From NCBI RefSeq assembly GCF_018977255.1, contig NW_024705488.1, forward strand, positions 1 to 40,116: DNA of 40,116 nucleotides, in the 5' to 3' direction. This stretch comes from Callorhinchus milii (lineage: Eukaryota). Each line of letters starts with the position of its first letter. Within the stretch, counting starts at the first letter, position 1. The notes under the pieces were generated by a model. It was not told where the DNA came from, did no database searches, and was given only the letters and a program-made list of their open reading frames with translations. Shown here piece after piece: positions 10,066 through 21,060 of the stretch. A program made the position numbers and the translations under genes.

Positions 10066-10971
10066 AGCAGTCAGTGTGTGTGTTTGTGAGAGCAGTCAGT
10101 GAGTGCGTGTGTGAGATAGCAGTCAGTGAGTGTGTGAGAGAGAGCAGTCGGTGTGTGTGTGTGAGAGAGAGAGCAGTCAGTCTGTGTGTGTGAGAGAGAG
10201 CAGTCGGTGTGTGTGTGTGAGAGAGAGAGAGCAGTCAGTGTGTGTGTGAGGGAGAGCAGTCAGTGTGTGTGTGTGAGAGAGAGCAGTCAGTGTGTGTGTG
10301 TGTGAGAGAGCAGTCAGTGTGTGTGTGTTTGTGAGAGAGTAGTCAGTGTGTATGTGAGAGAGAGAGCAGTCAGTTTGTGTGTGTGAGAGAGAGAGCAGTC
10401 AATGTGTGTGTGAGAGAGAGAGCAGTCAGTGTGTGTGTGAGAGAAAGCAGTCAGTGTGTGTGTGAGAGAGAGCAGTCAGTGTGTGCGTGAGAGAGAGCAG
10501 TCGGTGTGTGTGTGTGAGAGAGAGAGAGCAGTCAGTGTGTGTGTGTGAGAGAGCATTCAGTGTGTGTGTGAGAGAGAGAGCAGTCAGTGTGTGAGTGTAT
10601 TGGAGAGCAGTCAGTGTGTTTGTTTGTAAGAGCAGTCAGTGTGTGTGTGAGAGAGATTAGTCAGTGTGTGTGTGTGTGAGAGAGCAGTCAGTGTGTGAGT
10701 GTATTGGAGAGCAGTCAGTGTGTGTGTGTGAGAGAGAGCAGTCAGTGTGTGTGTGAGAGAAAGCAGTCAGTGTGTGTGTGAGAGAGAGCAGTCAGTGTGT
10801 GCGTGAGAGAGAGCAGTCGGTGTGTGTGTGTGTTAGAGAGAGAGCAGTCAGTGTGTGTGTGTGTGAGAGATCATTCAGTGTGTGTGAGAGAGAGCAGTCA
10901 GTGTGTGTGTGAGAGCAGTCAGTGTGTGAGTGTATTGGAGAGCGGTCAGTGTGTGTGTGAGAAACAACACT

Positions 10972-11225
10972 GAGTCCTGTGGCTCAATGGTTAAAGCACA
11001 CGCTTTTCAAGTGAGAGATCTGAGTTGAATTTTTCATTCTGAGGTCATTTTCATTTTCAAGCTGCGACTGTACAGTTGCAGGGGCGTTGCTGTGTGCAAT
11101 TGGCTGCCGCGTACGCCCGCAAATATACAGTCAATTCCGTGACAGTGTGTTCTGTGAAGCAGTTTGGGACGTCCTCCCGACGTGAAAAGCGCTATATCAA
11201 ATGCAAGGATTATTAATATTATTAT
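10972..11225 (+). mobile_element. SINE-like monomer 14
   Basis: Monomer-11 variant with TTATTAATATT tail. Confidence 0.85.
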
Positions 11226-11967
11226 AGCAGTCAGTGTGCGTGTTTGTGAGAGCAGTCAGTGAGTGCGTGTGTGAGATAGCAGTCAGTGAGTGTGTGAGAG
11301 AGAGCAGTCGGTGTGTGTGTGTGAGAGAGAGAGCAGTCAGTCTGTGTGTGTGAGAGAGAGCAGTCGGTGTGTCTGTGTGAGAGAGAGAGAGCAGTCAGTG
11401 TGTGTGTGTGAGAGAGCATTCAGTGTGTGTGTGAGAGAGAGAGCAGTCAGTGTGTGAGTGTATTGGAGAGCAATCAGTGTGTGTGTGTGTGAGAGACAGC
11501 GCAGTCAGCGTTCGTGTGTTAGTGAGAGCAGTCGGTGTGTGTGTGTGACAGAGAGAGAGCAGACAGTGTGTGTGTGTGTGAGAGAGCAGTCAGTGTGTGT
11601 GTGAGAGAGAGCAGTCAGTGTGTGTGTGAGAGAGAGCAGTCAGTGTGTGTGTGTGAGAGAGCAGTCAGTGTGTGTGTGAGAGAGCAGTCAGTGTGTGCGG
11701 GTGAGAGAGAGCAATCAGTGTGTGTGTGAGAGAGAGCAGTCAGTGTGTGTGTGAGAGAGAGCAGTCGGTGTTTGTGTGAGAGAGAGAGAGCAGTCAGTGT
11801 GTGTGTGTGAGAGAGCAGTCGGTGTATGTGTGTGAGAGAGAGAGAGCAGTCAGTGTGTGTGTGAGAGAGCAGTCAGTGTGTGTGTGAGAGAGCAGTCAGT
11901 GTGTGTGTGAGAGCAGTCAGTGTGTGAGTGTATTGGAGAGCAGTCAGTGTGTGTGAGAAACAACACT

Positions 11968-12219
11968 GAGTCCCGTGGCTCAGTGGTTCAAGCACACGCT
12001 TTTCAAGTGAGAGACCTGAGTTGAATTTTTCATTCTGAGGTCATTTTCATTTTCAAGCTGCGACTGTACAGTTGCAGGGGCGTTGCTGTGTGCAATTGGC
12101 TGCCGCGTACGCCCGCAAATATACAGTCAATTCACTTGACAGTGTGTTCTGTGAAGCAGTTTGGGACGTCCTCCCGACGTGAAAAGCGCTATATCAAATG
12201 CAAGGCTTATTATTATTAT
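11968..12219 (+). mobile_element. SINE-like monomer 15
   Basis: GAGTCCCGTGG variant. Confidence 0.85.
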
Positions 12220-13051
12220 AGCAGTCAGTGTGTGTGTTTGTGAGAGCAGTCAGTGAGTGCGTGTGTGAGATAGCAGTCAGTGAGTGTGTGAGAGAGAGCA
12301 GTCGGTGTGTGTGTGTGAGAGAGAGAGCAGTCAGTCTGTGTGTGTGAGAGAGAGCAGTCGGTGTGTGTGTGTGAGAGAGAGAGAGCAGTCAGTGTGTGTG
12401 TGAGGGAGAGCAGTCAGTGTGTGTGTGTGAGAGAGAGCAGTCAGTGTGTGTGTGTGAGAGAGCAGTCAGTGTCTGTGTGTTTGTGAGAGAGTAGTCAGTG
12501 TGTTTGTGAGAGAGAGAGCAGTCAGTTTGTTGTGTGAGAGAGAGAGCAGTCAGTGTGTGTGTGAGAGAGATTAGTCAGTGTGTGTGTGTGTGTGAGAGAG
12601 CAGTCAGTGTGTGAGTGTATTGGAGAGCAGTCAGTGTGTGTGTGTGAGAGAGAGCAGTCAGTGTGTGTGTGAGAGAAAGCAGTCAGTGTGTGTGTGAGAG
12701 AGAGCAGTCAGTGTGTGCGTGAGAGAGAGCAGTCGGTGTGTGTGTGTGAGAGAGAGAGAGCAGTCAGTGTGTGTGTGTGAGAGAGCATTCAGTGTGTGTG
12801 TGAGAAAGAGAGCAGTCAGTGTGTGAGTGTATTGGAGAGCAGTCAGTGTGTGTGTTTGTAAGAGCAGTCAGTGTGTGTGTGAGAGAGAGAGAGATATCAG
12901 TCAGTGTTTGTGTGTGAGAGAGCAGTCAGTGTGTGAGAGAGATTAGTCAGTGTGATTGTGTGAGAGAGCAGTCAGCGTGTGTGCGTGAGAGAGGGCAGTC
13001 AGTGCGTGAGTGTATTGTAGAGCAGTCAGTGTGTGTGTGTGAGACAGCACT

Positions 13052-13309
13052 GAGTCCTGTGGCTCAGTGGTTAGAGCACACGCTTTTCTAGTGAGAGACC
13101 TGAGTTGAATTTTTCATTTTGAGGTCATTTTCAATTTCATTTTCAAGCTGCGACTGTACAGTCGCAGGGACGTTGCTGTGTGTAATTGGCTGCCGCGTTC
13201 GCCCGCAAATATACAGTCAATTCACTTTACAGTGTGTTCTGTGAAGCACTTTGGGACGTCCTCCCGACGTGAAAAGCACAATGTCAAATGCAACGATTAT
13301 TATTATTAT
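13052..13309 (+). mobile_element. SINE-like monomer 16
   Basis: TTTTCTAGTG variant, long head, tail B. Confidence 0.85.
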
Positions 13310-13808
13310 AGCAGTCAGTGTGTGTGTTTGTGAGAGCAGTCAGTGTGTTTCTGTGTCAGAGAGCAGTCAGTATGTGTGTGTGTGAGAGACAGCGCAGTCA
13401 GCGTTCGTGTGTTAGTGAGAGCAGTCGGTGTGTGTGTGTGACAGAGAGAGAGCAGACAGTGTGTGTGTGTATGAGAGAGCAGTCAGTGTGTGTGTGAGAG
13501 AGAGCAGTCAGTGTGTGTGTGAGAGAGAGCAGTCAGTGTGTGTGTGTGAGAGAGCAGTCAGTGTGTGTGTGAGAGAGCAGTCAGTGTGGGAGTGAGAGAG
13601 AGCAATCAGTGTGTGTGTGAGAGAGAGCAGTCAGTGTGTGTGTGAGAGAGAGCAGTCGGTGTTTGTGTGAGAGACAGAGAGCAGTCAGTGTGTGTGTGTG
13701 AGAGAGCAGTCGGTGTATGTGTGTGAGAGAGCAGTCAGTGTGTGTGTGAGAGCAGTCAGTGTGTGAGTGTATTGGAGAGCAGTCAGTGTGTGTGTGAGAA
13801 ACAACCCT

Positions 13809-14060
13809 GAGTCCTGTGGCTCAGTGGTTCAAGCACACGCTTTTCAAGTGAGAGACCTGAGTTGAAATTTTCATTCTGAGGTCATTTTCATTTTCAAGCT
13901 GCGACTGTACAGTTGCAGGGGCGTTGCTGTGTGCAATTGGCTGCCGCGTACGCCCGCAAATATACAGTCAATTCACTTGACAGTGTGTTCTGTCAAGCAG
14001 TTTGGGACGTCCTCCCGACGTGAAAAGCGCTATATCAAATGCAAGGCTTATTATTATTAT
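13809..14060 (+). mobile_element. SINE-like monomer 17
   Basis: AACCCTGAG / GTTGAAATTTT variant. Confidence 0.85.
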
Positions 14061-14324
14061 AGCAGTCAGTGTGTGTGTTTGTGAGAGCAGTCAGTGAGTG
14101 TGTGTGTGAGAGAGCAGTCAGTGTGTGTGTGTTTGTGAGAGAGTAGTCAGTGTGTCTGTGAGAGAGAGAGCAGTCAGTTTGTGTGTGTGAGAGAGAGAGC
14201 AGTCAATGTGTGTGTGAGAGAGAGAGCAACAACAACAACAACAACAAGATTCCATTTATAGAGCGCCTTTCACGTCAGGAGGACGTCCCAAGGCGCTGCA
14301 CAGTTGGGTCATGACCCGAGCAGG

Positions 14325-14416
14325 GGGGAAATGGTCAGGGTGAGGGGAGGGAAGGGAGGGAGAGAGGAGTGGGGAAATGGTCAGGGTGAGGGGAGGGAAG
14401 GGAGGGAGCGAGGAGG
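14325..14416. repeat. 46-bp direct tandem duplication inside the LINE fragment (G-rich on +)
   Basis: 14325-14370 and 14371-14416 both read GGGGAAATGGTCAGGGTGAGGGGAGGGAAGGGAGGGAG(A/C)GAGGAG(T/G), with 2 mismatches. Confidence 0.9.
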
Positions 14417-14470
14417 AGGAAGAGAGTCGAGAGGGGAGCTGAATGCTCGGTCAAAGAGAAAGGTTTTGAG
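14381..14470 (-). pseudogene. C-terminal fragment of an L2 LINE ORF2 (reverse transcriptase polyprotein), 29 aa + stop
   Basis: Manual translation gives LKTFLFDRAFSSPLDSLPPPRSLPSLPSP*. LKT(H/F)LF..AF is the typical end of L2-clade ORF2. Confidence 0.7.
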
Positions 14471-15179
14471 ACCAGTCAGTGTGTGTGTGAGAGAAAGCAG
14501 TCAGTGTGTGCGTGAGAGAGAGCAGTCGGTGTGTGTGTGTGAGAGAGAGAGAGCAGTCAGTGTGTGTGTGTGAGAGAGCATTCAGTGTGTGTGTGAGAGA
14601 GAGAGCAGTCAGTGTGTGTGTGAGAGAGAGCAGTCAGTGTGTGTGTGTGAGAGAGCATTCCGTGTGTGTGTGAGAGAGAGCAGTCAGTGTGTGCGTGAGA
14701 GAGAGCAGTCGGTGTGTGTGTGTGAGAGAGAGAGAGCAGTCAGTGTGTGTGTGTGAGAGAGCATTCAGTGTGTGTGTGAGAGAGAGAGCAGTCAGTGTGT
14801 GAGTGTATTGGAGAGCAGTCAGTGTGTGTGTTTGTAAGAGCAGTCAGTGTGTGTGTGAGAGAGATTAGTCAGTGTGTGTGTGTGTGAGAGAGCAGTCAGT
14901 GTGTGAGTGTATTGGAGAGCAGTCAGTGTGTGTGTGTGAGAGAGAGCAGTCAGTGTGTGTGTGAGAGAAAGCAGTCAGTGTGTGTGTGAGAGAGAGCAGT
15001 CAGTGTGTGCGTGAGAGAGAGCAGTCGGTGTGTGTGTGTGTTAGAGAGAGAGCAGTCAGTGTGTGTGTGTGTGAGAGATCATTCAGTGTGTGTGAGAGAG
15101 AGCAGTCAGTGTGTGTGTGAGAGCAGTCAGTGTGTGAGTGTATTGGAGAGCAGTCAGTGTGTGTGTGAGAAACAACACT

Positions 15180-15433
15180 GAGTCCTGTGGCTCAATGGTT
15201 AAAGCACACGCTTTTCAAGTGAGAGATCTGAGTTGAATTTTTCATTCTGAGGTCATTTTCATTTTCAAGCTGCGACTGTACAGTTGCAGGGGCGTTGCTG
15301 TGTGCAATTGGCTGCCGCGTACGCCCGCAAATATACAGTCAATTCCGTGACAGTGTGTTCTGTGAAGCAGTTTGGGACGTCCTCCCGACGTGAAAAGCGC
15401 TATATCAAATGCAAGGATTATTAATATTATTAT
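15180..15433 (+). mobile_element. SINE-like monomer 18
   Basis: Same variant as monomer 14. Confidence 0.85.
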
Positions 15434-16480
15434 AGCAGTCAGTGTGTGTGTTTGTGAGAGCAGTCAGTGAGTGCGTGTGTGAGATAGCAGTCAGTGAGTG
15501 TGTGAGAGAGAGCAGTCGGTGTGTGTGTGTGAGAGAGAGAGCAGTCAGTCTGTGTGTGTGAGAGAGAGCAGTCGGTGTGTGTGTGTGAGAGAGAGAGAGC
15601 AGTCAGTGTGTGTGTGAGGGAGAGCAGTCAGTGTGTGTGTGTGAGAGAGAGCAGTCAGTGTGTGTGTGTGTGAGAGAGCAGTCAGTGTGTGTGTGTTTGT
15701 GAGAGAGTAGTCAGTGTGTATGTGAGAGAGAGAGCAGTCAGTTTGTGTGTGTGAGAGAGAGAGAGCAGTCAATGTGTGTGTGAGAGAGAGCAGTCAGTGT
15801 GTGTGTGAGAGAAAGCAGTCAGTGTGTGTGTGAGAGAGAGCAGTCAGTGTGTGCGTGAGAGAGAGCAGTCGGTGTGTGTGTGTGAGAGAGAGAGAGCAGT
15901 CAGTGTGTGTGTGTGAGAGAGCATTCAGTGTGTGTGTGAGAGAGAGAGCAGTCAGTGTGTGAGTGTATTGGAGAGCAGTCAGTGTGTGTGTTTGTCAGAG
16001 CAGTCAGTGTGTGTGTGAGAGAGATTAGTCAGTGTGTGTGTGTGTGAGAGAGCAGTCAGTGTGTGAGTGTATTGGAGAGCAGTCAGTGTGTGTGTGTGAG
16101 AGAGAGCAGTCAGTGTGTGTGTGAGAGAAAGCAGTCAGTGTGTGTGTGAGAGAGAGCAGTCAGTGTGTGCGTGAGAGAGAGCAGTCGGTGTGTGTGTGTG
16201 TTAGAGAGAGAGCAGTCAGTGTGTGTGTGTGTGAGAGATCATTCAGTGTGTGTGAGAGAGAGAGAGCAGTCAGTGTGTGAGTGTATTGGAGAGCAGTCAG
16301 TGTGTGTGTGAGAGAGAGAGAGATATCAGTCAGTGTTTGTGTGTGAGAGAGCAGTCAGTGTGTGAGAGAGATTAGTCAGTGTGATTGTGTGAGAGAGCAG
16401 TCAGTGTGTGTGCGTGAGAGAGAGCAGTCAGTGCGTGAGTGTATTGTAGAGCAGTCAGTGTGTGTGTGTGAGACAGCACT

Positions 16481-16732
16481 GAGTCCTGTGGCTCAGTGGT
16501 GAGAGCACACGCTTTTCAAGTGAGAGACCTGAGTTGAATTTTTCATTCTGAGGTCATTTTCATTTTCAAGCTGCGACTGTACAGTTGCAGGGGCGTTGCT
16601 GTGTGCAATTGGCTGCCGAGTACGCCCGCAAATATACAGTCAATTCACTTGACAGTGTGTTCTGTGAAGCAGTTTGGCACGTCCTCCCGACGTGAAAAGC
16701 GCTATATCAAATGCAAGGCTTATTATTATTAT
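16481..16732 (+). mobile_element. SINE-like monomer 19
   Basis: Private changes GGTGAGAGC, GCCGAGTAC, TTGGCACGTC. Confidence 0.85.
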
Positions 16733-17834
16733 AGCAGTCAGTGTGTGTGTTTGTGAGAGCAGTCAGTGAGTGCGTGTGTGAGATAAGTCAGTGAGTGTGT
16801 GAGAGAGAGCAGTCGGTGTGTGTGTGAGAGAGAGAGAGCAGTCAGTCTGTGTGTGTGAGAGAGAGCAGTCGGTGTGTGTGTGTGAGAGAGAGAGAGCAGT
16901 CAGTGTGTGTGTGAGGGAGAGCAGTCAGTGTGTGTGTGTGAGAGAGAGCAGTCAGTGTGTGTGAGAGAGCAGTCAGTGTGTGTGTGTTTGTGAGAGAGTA
17001 GTCAGTGTGTGTGTGAGAGAGAGAGCAGTCAGTTTGTGTGTGTGAGAGAGCAGTCAGTGTGTGTGTGAGAGAGATTAGTCAGTGTGTGTGTGTGTGTGAG
17101 AGAGCAGTCAGTGTGTGAGTGTATTGGAGAGCAGTCAGTGTGTGTGTGTGAGAGAGAGCAGTCAGTGTGTGTGTGAGAGAAAGCAGTCAGTGTGTGTGTG
17201 AGAGAGAGCAGTCAGTGTGTGCGTGAGAGAGAGCAGTCGGTGTGTCTGTGTGAGAGAGAGAGAGCAGTCAGTGTGTGTGTGTGAGAGAGCATTCAGTGTG
17301 TGTGTGAGAGAGAGAGCAGTCAGTGTGTGAGTGTATTGGAGAGCAGTCAGTGTGTGTGTGTGTGAGAGACAGCGCAGTCAGCGTTCGTGTGTTAGTGAGA
17401 GCAGTCGGTGTGTGTGTGTGACAGAGAGAGAGCAGACAGTGTGTGTGTGTGAGAGAGCAGTCAGTGTGTGTGTGAGAGAGAGCAGTCAGTGTGTGTGTGA
17501 GAGAGAGCAGTCAGTGTGTGTGTGTGAGAGAGCAGTCAGTGTGTGTGTGAGAGAGCAGTCAGTGTGGGAGTGAGAGAGAGCAATCAGTGTGTGTGTGAGA
17601 GAGAGCAGTCAGTGTGTGTGTGAGAGAGAGAAGTCGGTGTTTGTGTGAGAGAGAGAGAGCAGTCAGTGTGTGTGTGTGAGAGAGCAGTCGGTGTATGTGT
17701 GTGAGAGAGAGAGAGCAGTCAGTGTGTGTGTGAGAGAGCAGTCAGTGTGTGTGTGAGAGAGCAGTCAGTGTGTGTGTGAGAGCAGTCAGTGTGTGAGTGT
17801 ATTGGAGAGCAGTCAGTGTGTGAGAAACAACACT

Positions 17835-18086
17835 GAGTCCCGTGGCTCAGTGGTTCAAGCACACGCTTTTCAAGTGAGAGACCTGAGTTGAATTTTTCAT
17901 TCTGAGGTCATTTTCATTTTCAAGCTGCGACTGTACAGTTGCAGGGGCGTTGCTGTGTGCAATTGGCTGCCGCGTACGCCCGCAAATATACAGTCAATTC
18001 ACTTGACAGTGTGTTCTGTGAAGCAGTTTGGGACGTCCTCCCGACGTGAAAAGCGCTATATCAAATGCAAGGCTTATTATTATTAT
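17835..18086 (+). mobile_element. SINE-like monomer 20
   Basis: Same variant as monomer 15. Confidence 0.85.
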
Positions 18087-18979
18087 AGCAGTCAGTGTGT
18101 GTGTTTGTGAGAGCAGTCAGTGAGTGCGTGTGTGAGATAGCAGTCAGTGAGTGTGTGAGAGAGAGCAGTCGGTGTGTGTGTGTGAGAGAGAGAGCAGTCA
18201 GTCTGTGTGTGTGAGAGAGAGCAGTCGGTGTGTGTGTGAGAGAGAGAGAGAGCAGTCAGTGTGTGTGTGAGGGAGAGCAGTCAGTGTGTGTGTGTGAGAG
18301 AGAGCAGTCAGTGTGGGTGTGTGTGAGAGAGCAGTCAGTGTGTGTGTGTTTGTGAGAGAGTAGTCAGTGTGTGTGTGAGAGAGAGAGAGCAGTCAGTTTG
18401 TGTGTGTGAGAGAGAGAGCAGTCAGTGTGTGTGTGAGAGAGAGAGCAGTCAGTGTGTGTGTGAGAGAAAGCAGTCAGTGTGTGTGTGAGAGAGATTAGTC
18501 AGTGTGTGTGTGTGTGTGTGTGAGAGAGCAGTCAGTGTGTGAGTGTATTGGAGAGCAGTCAGTGTGTGTGTGTGAGAGAGAGCAGTCAGTGTGTGTGTGA
18601 GAGAAAGCAGTCAGTGTGTGTGTGAGAGAGAGCAGTCAGTGTGTGCGTGAGAGAGAGCAGTCGGTGTGTGTGTGTGAGAGAGAGAGAGCAGTCAGTGTGT
18701 GTGTGTGAGAGAGCATTCAGTGTGTGTGTGAGAAAGAGAGCAGTCAGTGTGTGAGTGTATTGGAGAGCAGTCAGTGTGTGTGTTTGTAAGAGCAGTCAGT
18801 GTGTGTGTGAGAGAGAGAGAGATATCAGTCAGTGTTTGTGTGTGAGAGAGCAGTCAGTGTGTGAGAGAGATTAGTCAGTGTGATTGTGTGAGAGAGCAGT
18901 CAGCGTGTGTGCGTGAGAGAGGGCAGTCAGTGCGTGAGTGTATTGTAGAGCAGTCAGTGTGTGTGTGTGAGACAGCACT

Positions 18980-19237
18980 GAGTCCTGTGGCTCAGTGGTT
19001 AGAGCACACGCTTTTCTAGTGAGAGACCTGAGTTGAATTTTTCATTTTGAGGTCATTTTCAATTTCATTTTCAAGCTGCGACTGTACAGTCGCAGGGACG
19101 TTGCTGTGTGTAATTGGCTGCCGCGTTCGCCCGCAAATATACAGTCAATTCACTTTACAGTGTGTTCTGTGAAGCACTTTGGGACGTCCTCCCGACGTGA
19201 AAAGCACAATGTCAAATGCAACGATTATTATTATTAT
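18980..19237 (+). mobile_element. SINE-like monomer 21
   Basis: Same variant as monomer 16. Confidence 0.85.
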
Positions 19238-19717
19238 AGCAGTCAGTGTGTGTGTTTGTGAGAGCAGTCCGTGTGTGTGTGTGTGTGTCAGAGAGCAGTC
19301 AGTATGTGTGTGTGTGAGAGAGAGAGCAGTCAGCGTTCGTGTGTTAGTGAGAGCAGTCAGTGTGTGTGTGTGTGTGTGAGAGAGCAGTTAGTGTGTGTGT
19401 GAGAGAGAGCAGTCAGTGTGTGTGTGAGAGAGAGCAGTCAGTGTGTGTGTGTGAGAGAGCAGTCAGTGTGTGTGTGTGAGAGAGAGCAGTCAGTGTGTGT
19501 GTGAGAGAGAGCAGTCGGTGTTTGTGTGAGAGACAGAGAGCAGTCAGTGTGTGTGTGTGAGAGAGCAGTCGGTGTATGTGTGTGAGAGAGAGAGCAGTCA
19601 GTGTGTGTGTGAGAGAGCAGTCAGTGTGTGTGTGAGAGAGCAGTCAGTGTGTGTGTGAGAGCAGTCAGTGTGTGATTGTATTGGAGAGCAGTCAGTGTGT
19701 GTGTGAGAAACAACCCT

Positions 19718-19969
19718 GAGTCCTGTGGCTCAGTGGTTCAAGCACACGCTTTTCAAGTGAGAGACCTGAGTTGAAATTTTCATTCTGAAGTCATTTTCAT
19801 TTTCAAGCTGCGACTGTACAGTTGCAGGGGCGTTGCTGTGTGCAATTGGCTGCCGCGTACGCCCGCAAATATACAGTCAATTCACTTGACAGTGTGTTCT
19901 GTGAAGCAGTTTGGGACGTCCTCCCGACGTGAAAAGCGCTATATCAAATGCAAGGCTTATTATTATTAT
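19718..19969 (+). mobile_element. SINE-like monomer 22
   Basis: Same variant class as monomer 17. Confidence 0.85.
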
Positions 19970-20802
19970 AGCAGTCAGTGTGTGTGTTTGTGAGAGCAGT
20001 CAGTGAGTGCGTGTGTGAGATAGCAGTCAGTGAGTGTGTGAGAGAGAGCAGTCGGTGTGTGTGTGTGAGAGAGAGAGCAGTCAGTCTGTGTGTGTGAGAG
20101 AGAGCAGTCGATGTGTGTGTGTGAGAGAGAGAGAGCAGTCAGTGTGTGTGTGAGGGAGAGCAGTCAGTGTGTGTGTGTGTGAGAGAGAGCAGTCAGTGTG
20201 TGTGTGTGTGAGAGCAGTCAGTGTGTGTGTGTTTGTGAGAGAGTAGTCAGTGTGTGTGTGAGAGAGAGAGCAGTCAGTTTGTGTGTGTGAGAGAGAAAGC
20301 AGTCAGTGTGTGTGTGAGAGAGATTAGTCAGTGTGTGTGTGTGTGTGAGAGAGCAGTCAGTGTGTGAGTGTATTGGAGAGCAGTCAGTGTGTGTGGGTGA
20401 GAGAGAGCAGTCAGTGTGTGTGTGAGAGAAAGCAGTCAGTGTGTGTGTGAGAGAGAGCAGTCAGTGTGTGCGTGAGAGAGAGCAGTCGGTGTGTGTGTGT
20501 TTGAGAGAGAGAGCAGTCAGTGTGTGTGTGAGAGAGCATTCAGTGTGTGTGTGAGAGAGAGAGCAGTCAGTGTGTGAGTGTATTGGAGAGCAGTCAGTGT
20601 GTGTGTTTGTAAGAGCAGTCAGTGTGTGTGTGAGAGAGAGAGAGATATCAGTCAGTGTTTGTGTGTGAGAGAGCAGTCAGTGTGTGAGAGAGATTAGTCA
20701 GTGTGATTGTGTGAGAGAGCAGTCAGCGTGTGTGCGTGAGAGAGAGCAGTCAGTGCGTGAGTGTATTGTAGAGCAGTCAGTGTGTGTGTGTGAGACAGCA
20801 CT

Positions 20803-21060
20803 GAGTCCTGTGGCTCAGTGGTTAGAGCACACGCTTTTCAAGTGAGAGACCTGAGTTGAATTTTTCATTTTGAGGTCATTTTCAATTTCATTTTCAAGCT
20901 GCGACTGTACAGTCGCAGGGACGTTGCTGTGTGTAATTGGCAGCCGCGTTCGCCCGCAAATATACAGTCAATTCACTTTACAGTGTGTTCTGTGAAGCAC
21001 TTTGGGACGTCCTCCCGACGTGAAAAGCACAATGACAAATGCAACGATTATTATTATTAT
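20803..21060 (+). mobile_element. SINE-like monomer 23 (HOR position a)
   Basis: GGCAGCCG, ATGACAAAT. Confidence 0.85.

Larger units (their letters stand above)
14227..14472 (-). mobile_element. 5'-truncated L2-clade LINE 3' end inserted antisense into the minisatellite
   Basis: The minus strand reads: ORF2-like C-terminus LKTFLFDRAF...stop; pyrimidine-rich 3' UTR; stem-loop AGCGCCTTGGGACGTCCTCCTGACGTGAAAGGCGCT; CTATAAATGGAATC; (TTG)7 tail (CAA x7 at 14227-14247). CA is duplicated at the junctions. Confidence 0.85.

Noticed and set aside
14304..14573. 89-aa Gly/Arg/Glu-rich ORF on the + strand
   Set aside because: It is the antisense reading of the LINE's pyrimidine-rich 3' region running into the minisatellite. 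The meaningful frame is on the minus strand.
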